A DNA stretch of 64,000 nucleotides from an uncultured bacterium (lineage in GTDB: Bacteria; Patescibacteriota; Patescibacteriia; Patescibacteriales; UBA12465): NCBI GenBank assembly GCA_938003925.1, contig CALKWQ010000023.1, positions 150,554-214,553 of the forward strand. The letters run 5' to 3'. The translations under genes were made by a program, and so were the position numbers. How positions within the stretch are numbered: the stretch's first letter is position 1; each line of letters begins with the position of its first letter. Below the pieces are notes generated by a model, which made no database searches, was not told the DNA's origin, and was given only the letters and a program-made list of their open reading frames with translations. This document shows, piece by piece, positions 12,746-21,580 of this stretch.

Positions 12746-13317
12746 TATGCTTGAATAATCAATTTTATCTGTTCTTCCAGGCGGCGATAAACTTCGTCAA
12801 CCTCTCCTTGCCCGTGAACACTGATCAGGCGTTTTTGGTCATGATAGAAGTCGAGTAATGGTTTAGTGCGCTCGGCATAGATAGAGAGACGATTTCTGAT
12901 CGTGGCTCCATTATCGTCGGCGCGGTTTATTTCTTGTCCGCGCAACAGCAGTCTTTTAGCTAGCTCTTCGGAGTCTACCTCCAAGCTTAATATCAACGGG
13001 AGAGCCTTTGCGGCAAGGAGTACATCCAAGGTGTGTGCTTGGTTAATAGTGCGAGGATAGCCATCAAAAATAAAACCGGCATCGTGGCCGTTTTCTTCTA
13101 TTTTATCTTTAACAAGTTTGTCTACGATTTTGTCGTCAACTAACTCTCCTTTAGCCATTATATCTTGTACTCTTTTTCCAATTAAGGTTTGGCGGGAAAC
13201 TTCTTCCCGCAACAGCGCTCCAGTAGAGAGGTGGAATAAATTAAATTGCTCCGCGATTTTTTTAGCTTGTGTGCCTTTGCCTGCACCTGGTGGTCCAAAT
13301 ATAATAAGATTAAGCAT
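12745..13317 (-). CDS. adk: Adenylate kinase, short form without a zinc lid
   Basis: It has the P-loop GPPGAGKGTQ. Its 190 aa and the LSTGALLR motif fit adenylate kinase. Confidence 0.9.
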   Translation of the reverse strand: MLNLIIFGPPGAGKGTQAKKIAEQFNLFHLSTGALLREEVSRQTLIGKRVQDIMAKGELVDDKIVDKLVKDKIEENGHDAGFIFDGYPRTINQAHTLDVLLAAKALPLILSLEVDSEELAKRLLLRGQEINRADDNGATIRNRLSIYAERTKPLLDFYHDQKRLISVHGQGEVDEVYRRLEEQIKLIIQA

Positions 13318-13349
13318 AGTTTAGGTTAAATAAAAGAACAATTATCAGG

Positions 13350-13422
13350 TGCGCCCAGAGGGATTCGAACCCACGACCGTCTCCTTAAGAGGGAGCTGCT
13401 CTACCAGCTGAGCTATAGGCGC
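13350..13422 (-). tRNA. tRNA-Lys (anticodon CUU)
   Basis: The reverse complement GCGCCTATAGCTCAGCTGGTAGAGCAGCTCCCTCTTAAGGAGACGGTCGTGGGTTCGAATCCCTCTGGGCGCA folds as a cloverleaf. Its anticodon loop is CUCUUAA. Confidence 0.8.
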
Positions 13423-13439
13423 AAATTGTTTGTTTTTTG

Positions 13440-13513
13440 TGGCTGGGGAGGGGCTCGAACCCTCGACCTTAGCGTTATGAGTGCTACGCTCTAACCAGCT
13501 GAGCTACCCAGCC
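13440..13513 (-). tRNA. tRNA with a CAU anticodon and a G1-C72 acceptor, so elongator tRNA-Met or the lysidine-modified tRNA-Ile2
   Basis: The reverse complement is GGCTGGGTAGCTCAGCTGGTTAGAGCGTAGCACTCATAACGCTAAGGTCGAGGGTTCGAGCCCCTCCCCAGCCA. The anticodon loop is CUCAUAA. Confidence 0.75.
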
Positions 13514-13606
13514 TTTATTCTTCACTTCTAACCTATCTGCAGCTCGACCGCACAGGTTCTATTATATTTATCTCGGGCTTAAGAGTCAAGCCCTCTGACA
13601 ATTTAT

Positions 13607-13683
13607 TGGTGCTCCGGAGAGGATTTGAACCCCTAACCTTGTGGTCCGAAGCCACACACTCTATCCAGTTGAGCTACCGGAGC
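13607..13683 (-). tRNA. tRNA-Arg (anticodon UCG) with the 3' CCA encoded
   Basis: The reverse complement is GCTCCGGTAGCTCAACTGGATAGAGTGTGTGGCTTCGGACCACAAGGTTAGGGGTTCAAATCCTCTCCGGAGCACCA. The anticodon stem is TGTGG/CCACA and the loop is CUUCGGA. Confidence 0.8.
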
Positions 13684-13798
13684 GGTCTCTTTGATCTTTA
13701 TATAGCTTATAACTACACAGTTACAGTCATTTGATAGGCACAAGGCTTGCCCAGATATCATATCCAAGCAAGCCCGATACCTAAATGGTCTTATTGAG

Positions 13799-14086
13799 TT
13801 ATCGCTTACCCTTTAAGGCTTGTTTCAGATTGTAGCCAGTTTTAAACTTAGCTACTTTCACAGCCGGGATCGTAATCCTTTCTTTAGGGTTCTGCGGATT
13901 AACGCCACCGCGGGAGTAGCGGACGCGGGAAAGAAAAGTGCCGAAGCCGGTGATAGTGACTTCGCGATCATTTTTCAGCTCATCAATAATAGTGTCAGTT
14001 AAAACGTCAAGCATTTTTTCTGCTTGTTTTTTGTTTAAACCTTCCACCTCACGATAAAGCTTGTCGATAAGTTGCGCTTTGTTCAT
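13799..14086 (-). CDS. hup: DNA-binding protein HU (HU/IHF family)
   Basis: The product is 95 aa and contains the GFGTF arm motif with an RITIPA beta-arm. Confidence 0.9.
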   Translation of the reverse strand: MNKAQLIDKLYREVEGLNKKQAEKMLDVLTDTIIDELKNDREVTITGFGTFLSRVRYSRGGVNPQNPKERITIPAVKVAKFKTGYNLKQALKGKR

Positions 14087-14131
14087 ATATTTGGCGCCCG
14101 GATCCAGCGGAGCCAGGGGCGTTAATTATAA

Positions 14132-15667
14132 TTATCTGGCGTATTCTATAACCCTTGTTTCTCTAATAACGTTAATTTTAATCTCTCCTGGATATTTTAG
14201 CTCACTTTCTATCTTTTTAGCAATATCTCTAGCCAAATTATGAGCTTTCAGGTCGTCCACTGCCTCCGGTTTAACGAAGACGCGTACTTCGCGACCGGCT
14301 TGGATGGCGTAAGCTTTTTCAATGCCTTCGAAGGTGGTGGCAATCTTTTCTAATTCTTCTAAACGCTGAATATAATTTTCGTGGCTATCACTACGCGCGC
14401 CTGGTCTGGCCGAGGAGATGGCATCAGCCACCTTGACTATGACGGAGGTAAGGGTGGCGGGCTGGTCATCATGATGAGTGGCAATGGGAGCGATAATTTC
14501 TTCGGGGAGGTTAAATTTCTTGGCAATATCGCGACCAATTTCCGTGTGATTACCTTGCACCTCGTGATCAACTGCCTTTCCAATGTCATGTAGTAATCCA
14601 CCTTTTTTAGCTAAAGTCACGTCTGAGCCTAATTCCTCGGCTAACATGGCCGCTAGGTGAGCTACTTCGATGGAGTGACTGAGTGTATTCTGTCCGTAGC
14701 TGGTGCGATATTTAAGGCGGCCAAGTATTTGCACTAATTTAGGGTCGAAACCAGTAATGCCGACTTCGTACATCGCTTCTTCGCCGGCTTTTTTAATATC
14801 TACCGCCAATTCTTTTTTAGCCATTTCTACAGCATCTTCAATCTTGGTGGGGTGGATCCGGCCGTCTTTAATTAAATAGTCCAAGGTTTTTTTGGCGATA
14901 TGGCGACGGATGAGAGAGAAGCCAGACACGGTAATAGCATTGGGGGTGTCGTCAACAATAATTTCAACGCCGGTCATCTGTTCAATAGCCTTGATATTTC
15001 TACCCTCACGTCCGATAATACGCCCCTTCATTTCATCGTTTGGCAGATCAATAGTGGTGGTGGTTAGTTCTACGGTATAAGATGATACCATTCGCTGCAT
15101 GGCTAAAGCCATGATGTCTTTAGCTTTTTCTTGCAGTTTGTCGCTGGAATCATCTTCTAATTTTTTAATTCTGACAATTAAATCTTCAGCTGCCTTTTCT
15201 TCCACGCTCTTAAGTAGCAAGTTTTTTGCATCCTCTTGATTCAATTTGGCGACTTCTTCCAATTTAGCTAATTGCTCTTCTTTAATAGCTTTAATTCTTT
15301 CCTTAATTTCTTGAACTTCATTAACTTTATCGTATAATTTCTGTTGTTTGTCTTGTAAGTCTAGTAATTTTTGAGAAAAAGAATTTTCTCTTTGCTCTAA
15401 TCTGCTCTGTAGACCATTAATCTCTTTGCGGCGCTGGCTCTCTTCCTGTTTAGCCTCTTCTATAATTTTAAGAGCCTTGTCTTGAGCTTTAAGTAATAGA
15501 TCTTTTTCCTTGCTCTTGGCTTCGTTTAACAGCTTTTCCGCTTTGTTTTGAGCGTTATCCATCTGCCGGCTGGATTTTCTTTGGTAAAACCAAATACCAA
15601 TAAAAAAACCACCCACGACAGCAATAGCGGCAATTACGTATTCCATAAAAGTAAAGACCGAAAGCAA
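14132..15667 (-). CDS. rny: Ribonuclease Y
   Basis: It has an N-terminal TM helix and a long coiled-coil. A KH domain (GRIIGREGRNIK) and an HD domain (LLHDIGKAVDHE…H…D) follow. Its 511 aa fit RNase Y. Confidence 0.9.
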   Translation of the reverse strand: MLSVFTFMEYVIAAIAVVGGFFIGIWFYQRKSSRQMDNAQNKAEKLLNEAKSKEKDLLLKAQDKALKIIEEAKQEESQRRKEINGLQSRLEQRENSFSQKLLDLQDKQQKLYDKVNEVQEIKERIKAIKEEQLAKLEEVAKLNQEDAKNLLLKSVEEKAAEDLIVRIKKLEDDSSDKLQEKAKDIMALAMQRMVSSYTVELTTTTIDLPNDEMKGRIIGREGRNIKAIEQMTGVEIIVDDTPNAITVSGFSLIRRHIAKKTLDYLIKDGRIHPTKIEDAVEMAKKELAVDIKKAGEEAMYEVGITGFDPKLVQILGRLKYRTSYGQNTLSHSIEVAHLAAMLAEELGSDVTLAKKGGLLHDIGKAVDHEVQGNHTEIGRDIAKKFNLPEEIIAPIATHHDDQPATLTSVIVKVADAISSARPGARSDSHENYIQRLEELEKIATTFEGIEKAYAIQAGREVRVFVKPEAVDDLKAHNLARDIAKKIESELKYPGEIKINVIRETRVIEYAR

Positions 15668-16037
15668 GACAGCAGATGGCGTACGGGGACAACACTAAAA
15701 TTTTCCTCTTATATTAGGGATTTTTGATGATATAAGTAAAAATGAAGGGGGGTGAAAATCAACATGTAGGCAGAAATTTGATATAAGATAAAAATCAAAT
15801 AATGGTGAGCGGCTGTTTTTAGTGGCCAAGTTAGCCATTCAATAACCGCGCTAGTCTTGGATTACGGCTAATTAATAAATTTGCTAAGTAATATTAGTAA
15901 TTATCTTAGCAAGGATTTTTTAATTTGTAAAGTGATTTTTGACCTGTTTTTTATTGACTAAATTTAAAAAATGACGTAATATTTAGAAATAATTAATATA
16001 TTTAGCCCTATCAACTAGGCTTTTAGCTCAATTTTTT

Positions 16038-18023
16038 ATGAATATAACAGAATTAGCTCGAATTTTACGTATTTCTCCTCAAGAATTGCGCGATCTTTTG
16101 CCTGAGCTTGGTTTTGCGATTGGACAAAAGGCAATTAAGGTTGATAATAATACCGCCAAAAAAATTATTAAAAATTGGCCAATTTTTAGAAGACAATGGG
16201 AACAACGCAAGGCGGTGGAGAGGGCTAAAAAACAGGATGAGGCTATTTTGCCCAAAGAAAAGAAGACTATTTACATTCCCAGTGTTATTACGGTGCGCGC
16301 TCTTGCCGAAGTTTCACAAATTCCAGTCAATCGTCTATTGACTGAATTAATTAAAAATGGAGTTTTTGCCTCTATTAATGAGAAAATTGATTTTGATACC
16401 GCCGCTATCATTGGTAGTGATTTAAATTTTGATGTCCAGTTGTTGGTAGAGGATGATTCGGCTGGAGATGAAGCTGAAGAAAAGAAGCTGCAGGATATTT
16501 TAAACCAAGAAAAACCTGAAGATATGCATGGCCGTCCGCCAGTGATTGTGGTGATGGGACACGTAGATCATGGTAAAACGAAATTACTAGACTCTATTCG
16601 TTTAACCGATGTGGTTGCTGGCGAAGCTGGTGGTATTACTCAGCATATTGGCGCCTATCAGGTAACCCGCAAAGATAAACGTCTAACTTTTATCGATACT
16701 CCCGGTCACGAGGCCTTTACGGCTATGCGTAGTCGTGGGGCTAAGGTAGCTGATATCGCGATTTTGGTGGTAGCAGCTGATGATGGTGTCAAACCGCAGA
16801 CGGTGGAAGCTTTTCGTATCATTGAAGCGGCTAAATTGCCATTTTTAGTGGCAATTAATAAAATTGATAAGCCCGAGGCTGACGTCATGCGGACTAAACA
16901 AGATTTAGCTAATCAATTAAATATAACCCCTGAAGATTGGGGTGGAAAAACTATTTGTGTGCCCATTTCAGCCAAAGATGGTACCGGTATCGAAGATCTC
17001 TTAGATATGGTTATTTTAACAGCAGACGCTGAATTAGGCGACTCTCTTAAGGCTAACCCAGATGCAGAGGCGGCCGGTACAGTAGTGGAATCCAATATGG
17101 ATAAAGCCGCTGGCCCAGTAGCCACCATTTTAATTCAAAATGGTACTTTGGTAGTTGGGGACCAGCTCTGTTTTGAAGATATTATTTATGGGAAAGTAAA
17201 AGCTTTGAAAAACTATAAAGGTGAAAATATCACTGAAGCTGGACCGTCAATGCCTGTCAAAATTTTAGGTTTAAAAATATCCCCAGCGGTTGGTGATATT
17301 TTGTATGTTGGTGATGGCCAGAAAGTAAAGATGCGCAAAATCAAGAGTGCGGATGTGCGCAAGGAAAAAATCATGTCTATTGCTCAGCAAGAGAATGGTG
17401 ATGAAAATATTCCCAAGGTCAATGTCTTGGTCAAGAGTGATTTCTTAGGTTCGGCCGAAGCAATTGAAGAGTCTCTGATGAAAATTAATACGGAGAAGGT
17501 CAAAGTCAAGATTATTGCTAAAGGTTTGGGTAATGTTACCGAGGGTGATATTAAGAGGGCTGAAGATTCAGGGGCTCAGATTATTTGTTTTAATACTAAG
17601 ATGCCACCTAATGTAGAAACTCTGGCCCGTAGTAAAAACATCCCAGTCTCTTCTTTTTCTATCATCTATGATTTAATTAAATACGTGCGCTCGGAGATGC
17701 AGAAATTAGTGCCGGAAGAAGTGACTAGAGTAAATTTAGGTAAGTTAAAAATTTTAGCTATCTTCCGCACCGAAAAACAACAGCAAATTGTTGGCGGCAA
17801 AGTTATTGAAGGCAAGCCGGAAAATAATGCTTTGGTTAATGTTTGGCGCGGCGAAGAGTTTGTAACTACCGGCAAGATTGCCAGTCTCCAGTCGGCTAAA
17901 CAGGAGGTTAAATTTGTGGAAGAAGGCGAGGAGTGCGGACTTAAGTTTGAAGGAGCTCCGATTGTACAGGAAGGAGATATTTTTGAATTCTATCGTGAAG
18001 ACAGAAAGATAGAAAAAATATAA
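16038..18023 (+). CDS. infB: Translation initiation factor IF-2, short form
   Basis: It has the G domain motifs VVMGHVDHGKTKLLD, DTPGHEAF and NKIDK. The C-terminal beta-barrel domains are present. The gene is followed directly by rbfA. Confidence 0.95.
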   Translation: MNITELARILRISPQELRDLLPELGFAIGQKAIKVDNNTAKKIIKNWPIFRRQWEQRKAVERAKKQDEAILPKEKKTIYIPSVITVRALAEVSQIPVNRLLTELIKNGVFASINEKIDFDTAAIIGSDLNFDVQLLVEDDSAGDEAEEKKLQDILNQEKPEDMHGRPPVIVVMGHVDHGKTKLLDSIRLTDVVAGEAGGITQHIGAYQVTRKDKRLTFIDTPGHEAFTAMRSRGAKVADIAILVVAADDGVKPQTVEAFRIIEAAKLPFLVAINKIDKPEADVMRTKQDLANQLNITPEDWGGKTICVPISAKDGTGIEDLLDMVILTADAELGDSLKANPDAEAAGTVVESNMDKAAGPVATILIQNGTLVVGDQLCFEDIIYGKVKALKNYKGENITEAGPSMPVKILGLKISPAVGDILYVGDGQKVKMRKIKSADVRKEKIMSIAQQENGDENIPKVNVLVKSDFLGSAEAIEESLMKINTEKVKVKIIAKGLGNVTEGDIKRAEDSGAQIICFNTKMPPNVETLARSKNIPVSSFSIIYDLIKYVRSEMQKLVPEEVTRVNLGKLKILAIFRTEKQQQIVGGKVIEGKPENNALVNVWRGEEFVTTGKIASLQSAKQEVKFVEEGEECGLKFEGAPIVQEGDIFEFYREDRKIEKI

Positions 18024-18025
18024 TT

Positions 18026-18388
18026 ATGTCCAAAGTAGAACAGTTAAATGAATTATTGCATCGCGAATTAGCTTTAGCGGTTAATCAGGAACTGGAGTTT
18101 CCAGAAGCTTTTATTACTATTACTTACGTTTCTTGTAATCCAGATTTACAGTTTGCTAAAGTGATTGTTTCCGTTCTTCCCGATCATTTAGCGGGCACAG
18201 CTTTAAAGAAGTTAAAGGGTGCATCTGGACGTTTAGCCGCGGCGGTGGTAAAAAGAACGCGTTTGCGCAAAGTGCCTCGCTTGTTGTGGGAGTTTGACCC
18301 CACAGAGCGAAAGGCGGCTGTTTTAGAAGACGTTTTTTTGAGAATAGACGAAGAGGATGATACTGATGTGCTAAAAATTAATGACTAA
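18026..18388 (+). CDS. rbfA: Ribosome-binding factor A
   Basis: The 120-aa gene sits immediately downstream of infB, with a 2-nt gap. It has the KH-like RbfA fold and an acidic tail. Confidence 0.75.
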   Translation: MSKVEQLNELLHRELALAVNQELEFPEAFITITYVSCNPDLQFAKVIVSVLPDHLAGTALKKLKGASGRLAAAVVKRTRLRKVPRLLWEFDPTERKAAVLEDVFLRIDEEDDTDVLKIND

Positions 18389-18407
18389 TTTTTTGATGCT
18401 AATTACT

Positions 18408-18436
18408 TCCGCCCTCACAGTGGGGGCGGATTTTTA
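18408..18436 (+). terminator. Terminator hairpin after rbfA (tccgccc-tcacagt-gggcgga-ttttta)
   Basis: A 7-bp GC stem is followed by a T-run. Confidence 0.6.
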
Positions 18437-18476
18437 GTTTTGACATTTAAGCTTTTTACCTATAAAATAGGGGGTT

Positions 18477-19499
18477 ATGCTGATTAATCCTCGCTTCCAA
18501 CAGGCCTACCAAATAATGCAGAATTCTGCTCGCGTTTTAATATTGGGCCATTTACGACCGGATGGAGACGCTTTGTCTGCGGTCTGCGCCTTAGGTTTAA
18601 TAGTGGCTAATTTGGGTAAAGAGGTTTCACTATTCTGTCAGGACAAAAATCACACTCTGTTTGATTACTTGCCTGGTTTCACCGATATCTTGGCAGACAA
18701 AGCTGATTTATTGAGATTGACTTCAGCCGGTTCACTAAAAAATAACTTTGATTTAATCATTGTAGCTGATTGCGGTTCTTTGGCTCGTACCGGGCTAGTG
18801 GAGGAAATTCTAGCTTTTAAAAAACAGGGTGGCTTAATTATTGAATTTGATCACCATCCCCAGATTGATAATTATGCCGACTTAGAGTTACGTCAACCGG
18901 AATTATCATCCACCGCCGAATTAGTTTACAATTTTATTACTAGCAATAGAATCGTACTTACCCGTGAATTAGCCGATTGTATTTTAACGGGAATCCTCAC
19001 CGACACGGGTAATTTTCTATATCCCTCCGCCAGTGATGCCACTATGCAAGCTGCTTCAGCGGCCATGGAGGCGGGTGCGCACTATGCTAAGATTGTAAAT
19101 TATACTTTGCGCAATAAAGATGTAGCTATGATTAAGTTGTGGGGACTAGCTTTGGAGCGTTTATATTTAAATGCCCGTTATCAAGTGGCTATTTCAGTCC
19201 TAACCAGAGCAGACATTGTTAATTCCCTAGATACTGCTAATATGGATAATGCCGCTGAGAGTGATTTATTGAGTGGCTTAGCCGGTTTTTTAAGCAATCT
19301 GGCTGGTGCCAAAGCTGTGGCTTTATTGTATGAGGATCGAAACGGGGTAGTTAAAGGCAGTCTGCGCAGCACTCCGGATGGTTTTCTGGTGTCCGATTTA
19401 GCTAGAGCCCTTGGTGGCGGAGGTCATGAGCGGGCGGCTGGTTTTGCTTTGCCTGGTCGTCTCGAACAACGAGGGGTTAATTGGGTGGTAATAAATTAA
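18477..19499 (+). CDS. nrnA: DHH/DHHA1 family phosphoesterase, an NrnA-like nanoRNase/pAp phosphatase
   Basis: The DHH motifs are GHLRPDGDALSAV, IVADCGS and IIEFDHHPQ. The DHHA1 region LGGGGHERAAG is also present. Confidence 0.8.
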   Translation: MLINPRFQQAYQIMQNSARVLILGHLRPDGDALSAVCALGLIVANLGKEVSLFCQDKNHTLFDYLPGFTDILADKADLLRLTSAGSLKNNFDLIIVADCGSLARTGLVEEILAFKKQGGLIIEFDHHPQIDNYADLELRQPELSSTAELVYNFITSNRIVLTRELADCILTGILTDTGNFLYPSASDATMQAASAAMEAGAHYAKIVNYTLRNKDVAMIKLWGLALERLYLNARYQVAISVLTRADIVNSLDTANMDNAAESDLLSGLAGFLSNLAGAKAVALLYEDRNGVVKGSLRSTPDGFLVSDLARALGGGGHERAAGFALPGRLEQRGVNWVVIN

Positions 19500-19536
19500 A
19501 ATTAATATATTGTTGTACCTTTTAAATCTTTAATAC

Positions 19537-19827
19537 ATGAGAAAAATAAAAACTTTCTGGTTTATCGAGCCGCTATCGGCCGAAACCAACCAAAGTATCG
19601 CCGCTGAATTGGCCAAAACCGCCGATGTTTGTGAGGCTATTGATTTGCCGGTAGGCGACGGATCTGAGCATCATGCTTTTCAGTTGCCAAGTTATCATTT
19701 AGTTTCCATGATCTATGCGGCTAAAGATAAGTTTGGTTTGAAATTCCGTGTTTACCGACGCCAAGGCAAATATGGAAAAATTGAAGAGTGGCATTTTGGC
19801 GCCAAGAAGAAAAAAGTGAAAATTTAA
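19537..19827 (+). CDS. Hypothetical small protein (96 aa)
   Basis: The ORF is followed by a bidirectional terminator. No motif was recognised. Confidence 0.3.
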   Translation: MRKIKTFWFIEPLSAETNQSIAAELAKTADVCEAIDLPVGDGSEHHAFQLPSYHLVSMIYAAKDKFGLKFRVYRRQGKYGKIEEWHFGAKKKKVKI

Positions 19828-19847
19828 TTTTAGTTTTAACATCTATT

Positions 19848-19878
19848 AAAAAGGCCCTTATTCAGGGCCTTTTTCTTT
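19848..19878. terminator. Bidirectional terminator hairpin (aaaaaggccc-ttattca-gggccttttt) overlapping the last codons of trmD
   Basis: The 7-bp stem is flanked by A-runs and T-runs. Confidence 0.55.
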
Positions 19879-20542
19879 TTGTTTTTTGTTGCTGTTCGCG
19901 CCAAGCTTTAATTTTAGCGTGATTACCTTCTAGTAATACTTTCGGCACTTTGTATTGATTCTGGTTAGCCGTAAAGATGGCGGGGCGAGTATACTGAGGA
20001 TACTCTAAAATATTTTCGGTTGAATGTGATTCTTCGGTGATGCTGGCTGCATTACCGAGGGCGCCGGGTAGTAGGCGCGTGACAGAATCAATAATAATTA
20101 AGGCGGGCAATTCTCCTCCGGTCAGGACATAGTCACCGATAGATATTTCTTTGTCTATAAATTTTTTAATACGTGCATCCACTCCTTCATAACGGCCACA
20201 GACGAACACTAATTCTTCTAGCTTAGCGTACTGGCGAGCCATTTTCTGATTCCAAGTGGTGCCGCTGGCGGATAATAAGATTACCTTTCTTTTATTTTTA
20301 ATGGTACGACTTTTTTGTTTAAGTTCTTTGAGAGCTAGATATAATGGTTCTATTTTCATTAGCATGCCAGCGCCACCGCCATAAGGCGTATCATCTACAG
20401 TTTTATGTCGATCGTATGTCCAGTCGCGCAAGTCAAGCTTTTCTACTTTAATCAGTTTCTTATCCTGAGCTCTTTTAATAATGCTGTCTTGGAGATAGGA
20501 ATCTAAAATGTTGGGAAAAATGCTTAAGATTTTGAATTTCAT
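19862..20542 (-). CDS. trmD: tRNA (guanine37-N1)-methyltransferase TrmD
   Basis: The N-terminus MKFKILSIFP is SPOUT-like. The downstream motifs DDTPYGGGAGM and LVFVCGRYEGVD are also typical of TrmD. Its genomic context with rpsP and a KH protein supports the call. Confidence 0.9.
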   Translation of the reverse strand: MKFKILSIFPNILDSYLQDSIIKRAQDKKLIKVEKLDLRDWTYDRHKTVDDTPYGGGAGMLMKIEPLYLALKELKQKSRTIKNKRKVILLSASGTTWNQKMARQYAKLEELVFVCGRYEGVDARIKKFIDKEISIGDYVLTGGELPALIIIDSVTRLLPGALGNAASITEESHSTENILEYPQYTRPAIFTANQNQYKVPKVLLEGNHAKIKAWREQQQKTKRKRP

Positions 20543-20561
20543 ATGCCTATATTTTACAACA

Positions 20562-20590
20562 AAAAAGTCGGGTTGGAAACCCGACTTTTT
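20562..20590 (-). terminator. Hairpin between the KH-protein gene and trmD (aaaaagtcgggtt-ggaa-acccgacttttt)
   Basis: A 9-bp stem is flanked by A-runs and T-runs. It may act as an attenuator or terminator within the rpsP operon. Confidence 0.5.
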
Positions 20591-20606
20591 ATATTCTGCT
20601 TTGAGA

Positions 20607-20942
20607 TTAAATTTTGAGATCGTCTAAAGCGGAAGTATCAACATCGCTCAAGTCAGCGGAATGTTCGCTGCTCGGGCGACTGCTGCGACGATTGCCGCCT
20701 TCTGGGTCGTAGATCTTTAAGTTGACGCGAGAGTTATTTTTAGCACCCACAATCTTGAGTAAAGTGCGGATTGCCTGTGCAGTCTGACCTTTACGACCGA
20801 TAACATAGCCCATATCGGCTGGATTGATCTTCAGGGTTAAAAGTACCCCCATCTCATCCACGGTCCGATCAACGGCGACGTCGTTAGGATTACTGACGAT
20901 GCTTTTTACGATCATCTCGAGAAACTGTTTGTCTGCTTCCAT
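20607..20942 (-). CDS. khpA: KH-domain RNA-binding protein (KhpA/YlqC-like) with a Ser/Arg/Asp-rich tail
   Basis: It has a KH GxxG loop (VIGRKGQTAQAIR). Its position between rpsP and trmD matches the conserved rpsP-khpA-(rimM)-trmD operon. rimM is absent here. Confidence 0.7.
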   Translation of the reverse strand: MEADKQFLEMIVKSIVSNPNDVAVDRTVDEMGVLLTLKINPADMGYVIGRKGQTAQAIRTLLKIVGAKNNSRVNLKIYDPEGGNRRSSRPSSEHSADLSDVDTSALDDLKI

Positions 20943-21075
20943 ATTTGTTGTTGCTGGGCTTTCAAATGAGCCGAACTGGTGCTCGCCAAACTTGAAAGAT
21001 CCTAGACTTAAATTATATTACCTTGCTGACGCAAGATTTATACTAATATTATAATTATCACTTACTTTTGTCAAT

Positions 21076-21474
21076 TTAAGACTGAACTTCTTCGGTTGCC
21101 GCTTCTTCAGTGACAACTTCTTCTGCTGGGGCTTGGACATCTTCTTTGGTTGCAGCCGCTTTTTTATCAGCCTTGCTCTTCAACTGAGAAGCGCGTTTTT
21201 CATTAACTTTCCCAGCTTTAGAAGCGGTAACCTTTTTGCCTTCAATCACGCCTTTGCCCACCAAAAGGTTGTTAATGGTAGCGGTCATGCCGGCGCCTTT
21301 TTCTAGCCAATACTTAACCCGCTCTCCCTTAACTTGTAGGTCTTTGGAATAAGGGTTGTATGAACCTAAAATTTCCAAAGCGTTGCCATAAGGATCACGG
21401 CCTTTTTCAGAGATGATGAGGCGAAACACTTTTTTGTTGGTTTTGCCGATCTTAGATAATTTAATCATTAACAT
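21076..21474 (-). CDS. rpsP: 30S ribosomal protein S16 with a Lys/Ala-rich C-terminal extension
   Basis: The N-terminus MIKLSKIGKTNKKVFRLII…YNP is typical S16. Its 132 aa exceed the usual roughly 80 aa. Confidence 0.85.
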   Translation of the reverse strand: MLMIKLSKIGKTNKKVFRLIISEKGRDPYGNALEILGSYNPYSKDLQVKGERVKYWLEKGAGMTATINNLLVGKGVIEGKKVTASKAGKVNEKRASQLKSKADKKAAATKEDVQAPAEEVVTEEAATEEVQS

Positions 21475-21580
21475 ATGGTGTTGTTTAGGGGCGCATCCGA
21501 TCGGAATATCCTGACGAATAACGCTATGCTATTTTTTTCTTTATTGACAAATATTAGCTCAAGGCTTCTAAAAAGTCAAG

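Noticed and set aside
18440-18476. A TTGACA…TATAAA promoter-like element upstream of the nrnA-like gene
   Set aside because: The spacer is only 15 nt. It is plausible but below the standard used for the other promoter calls.
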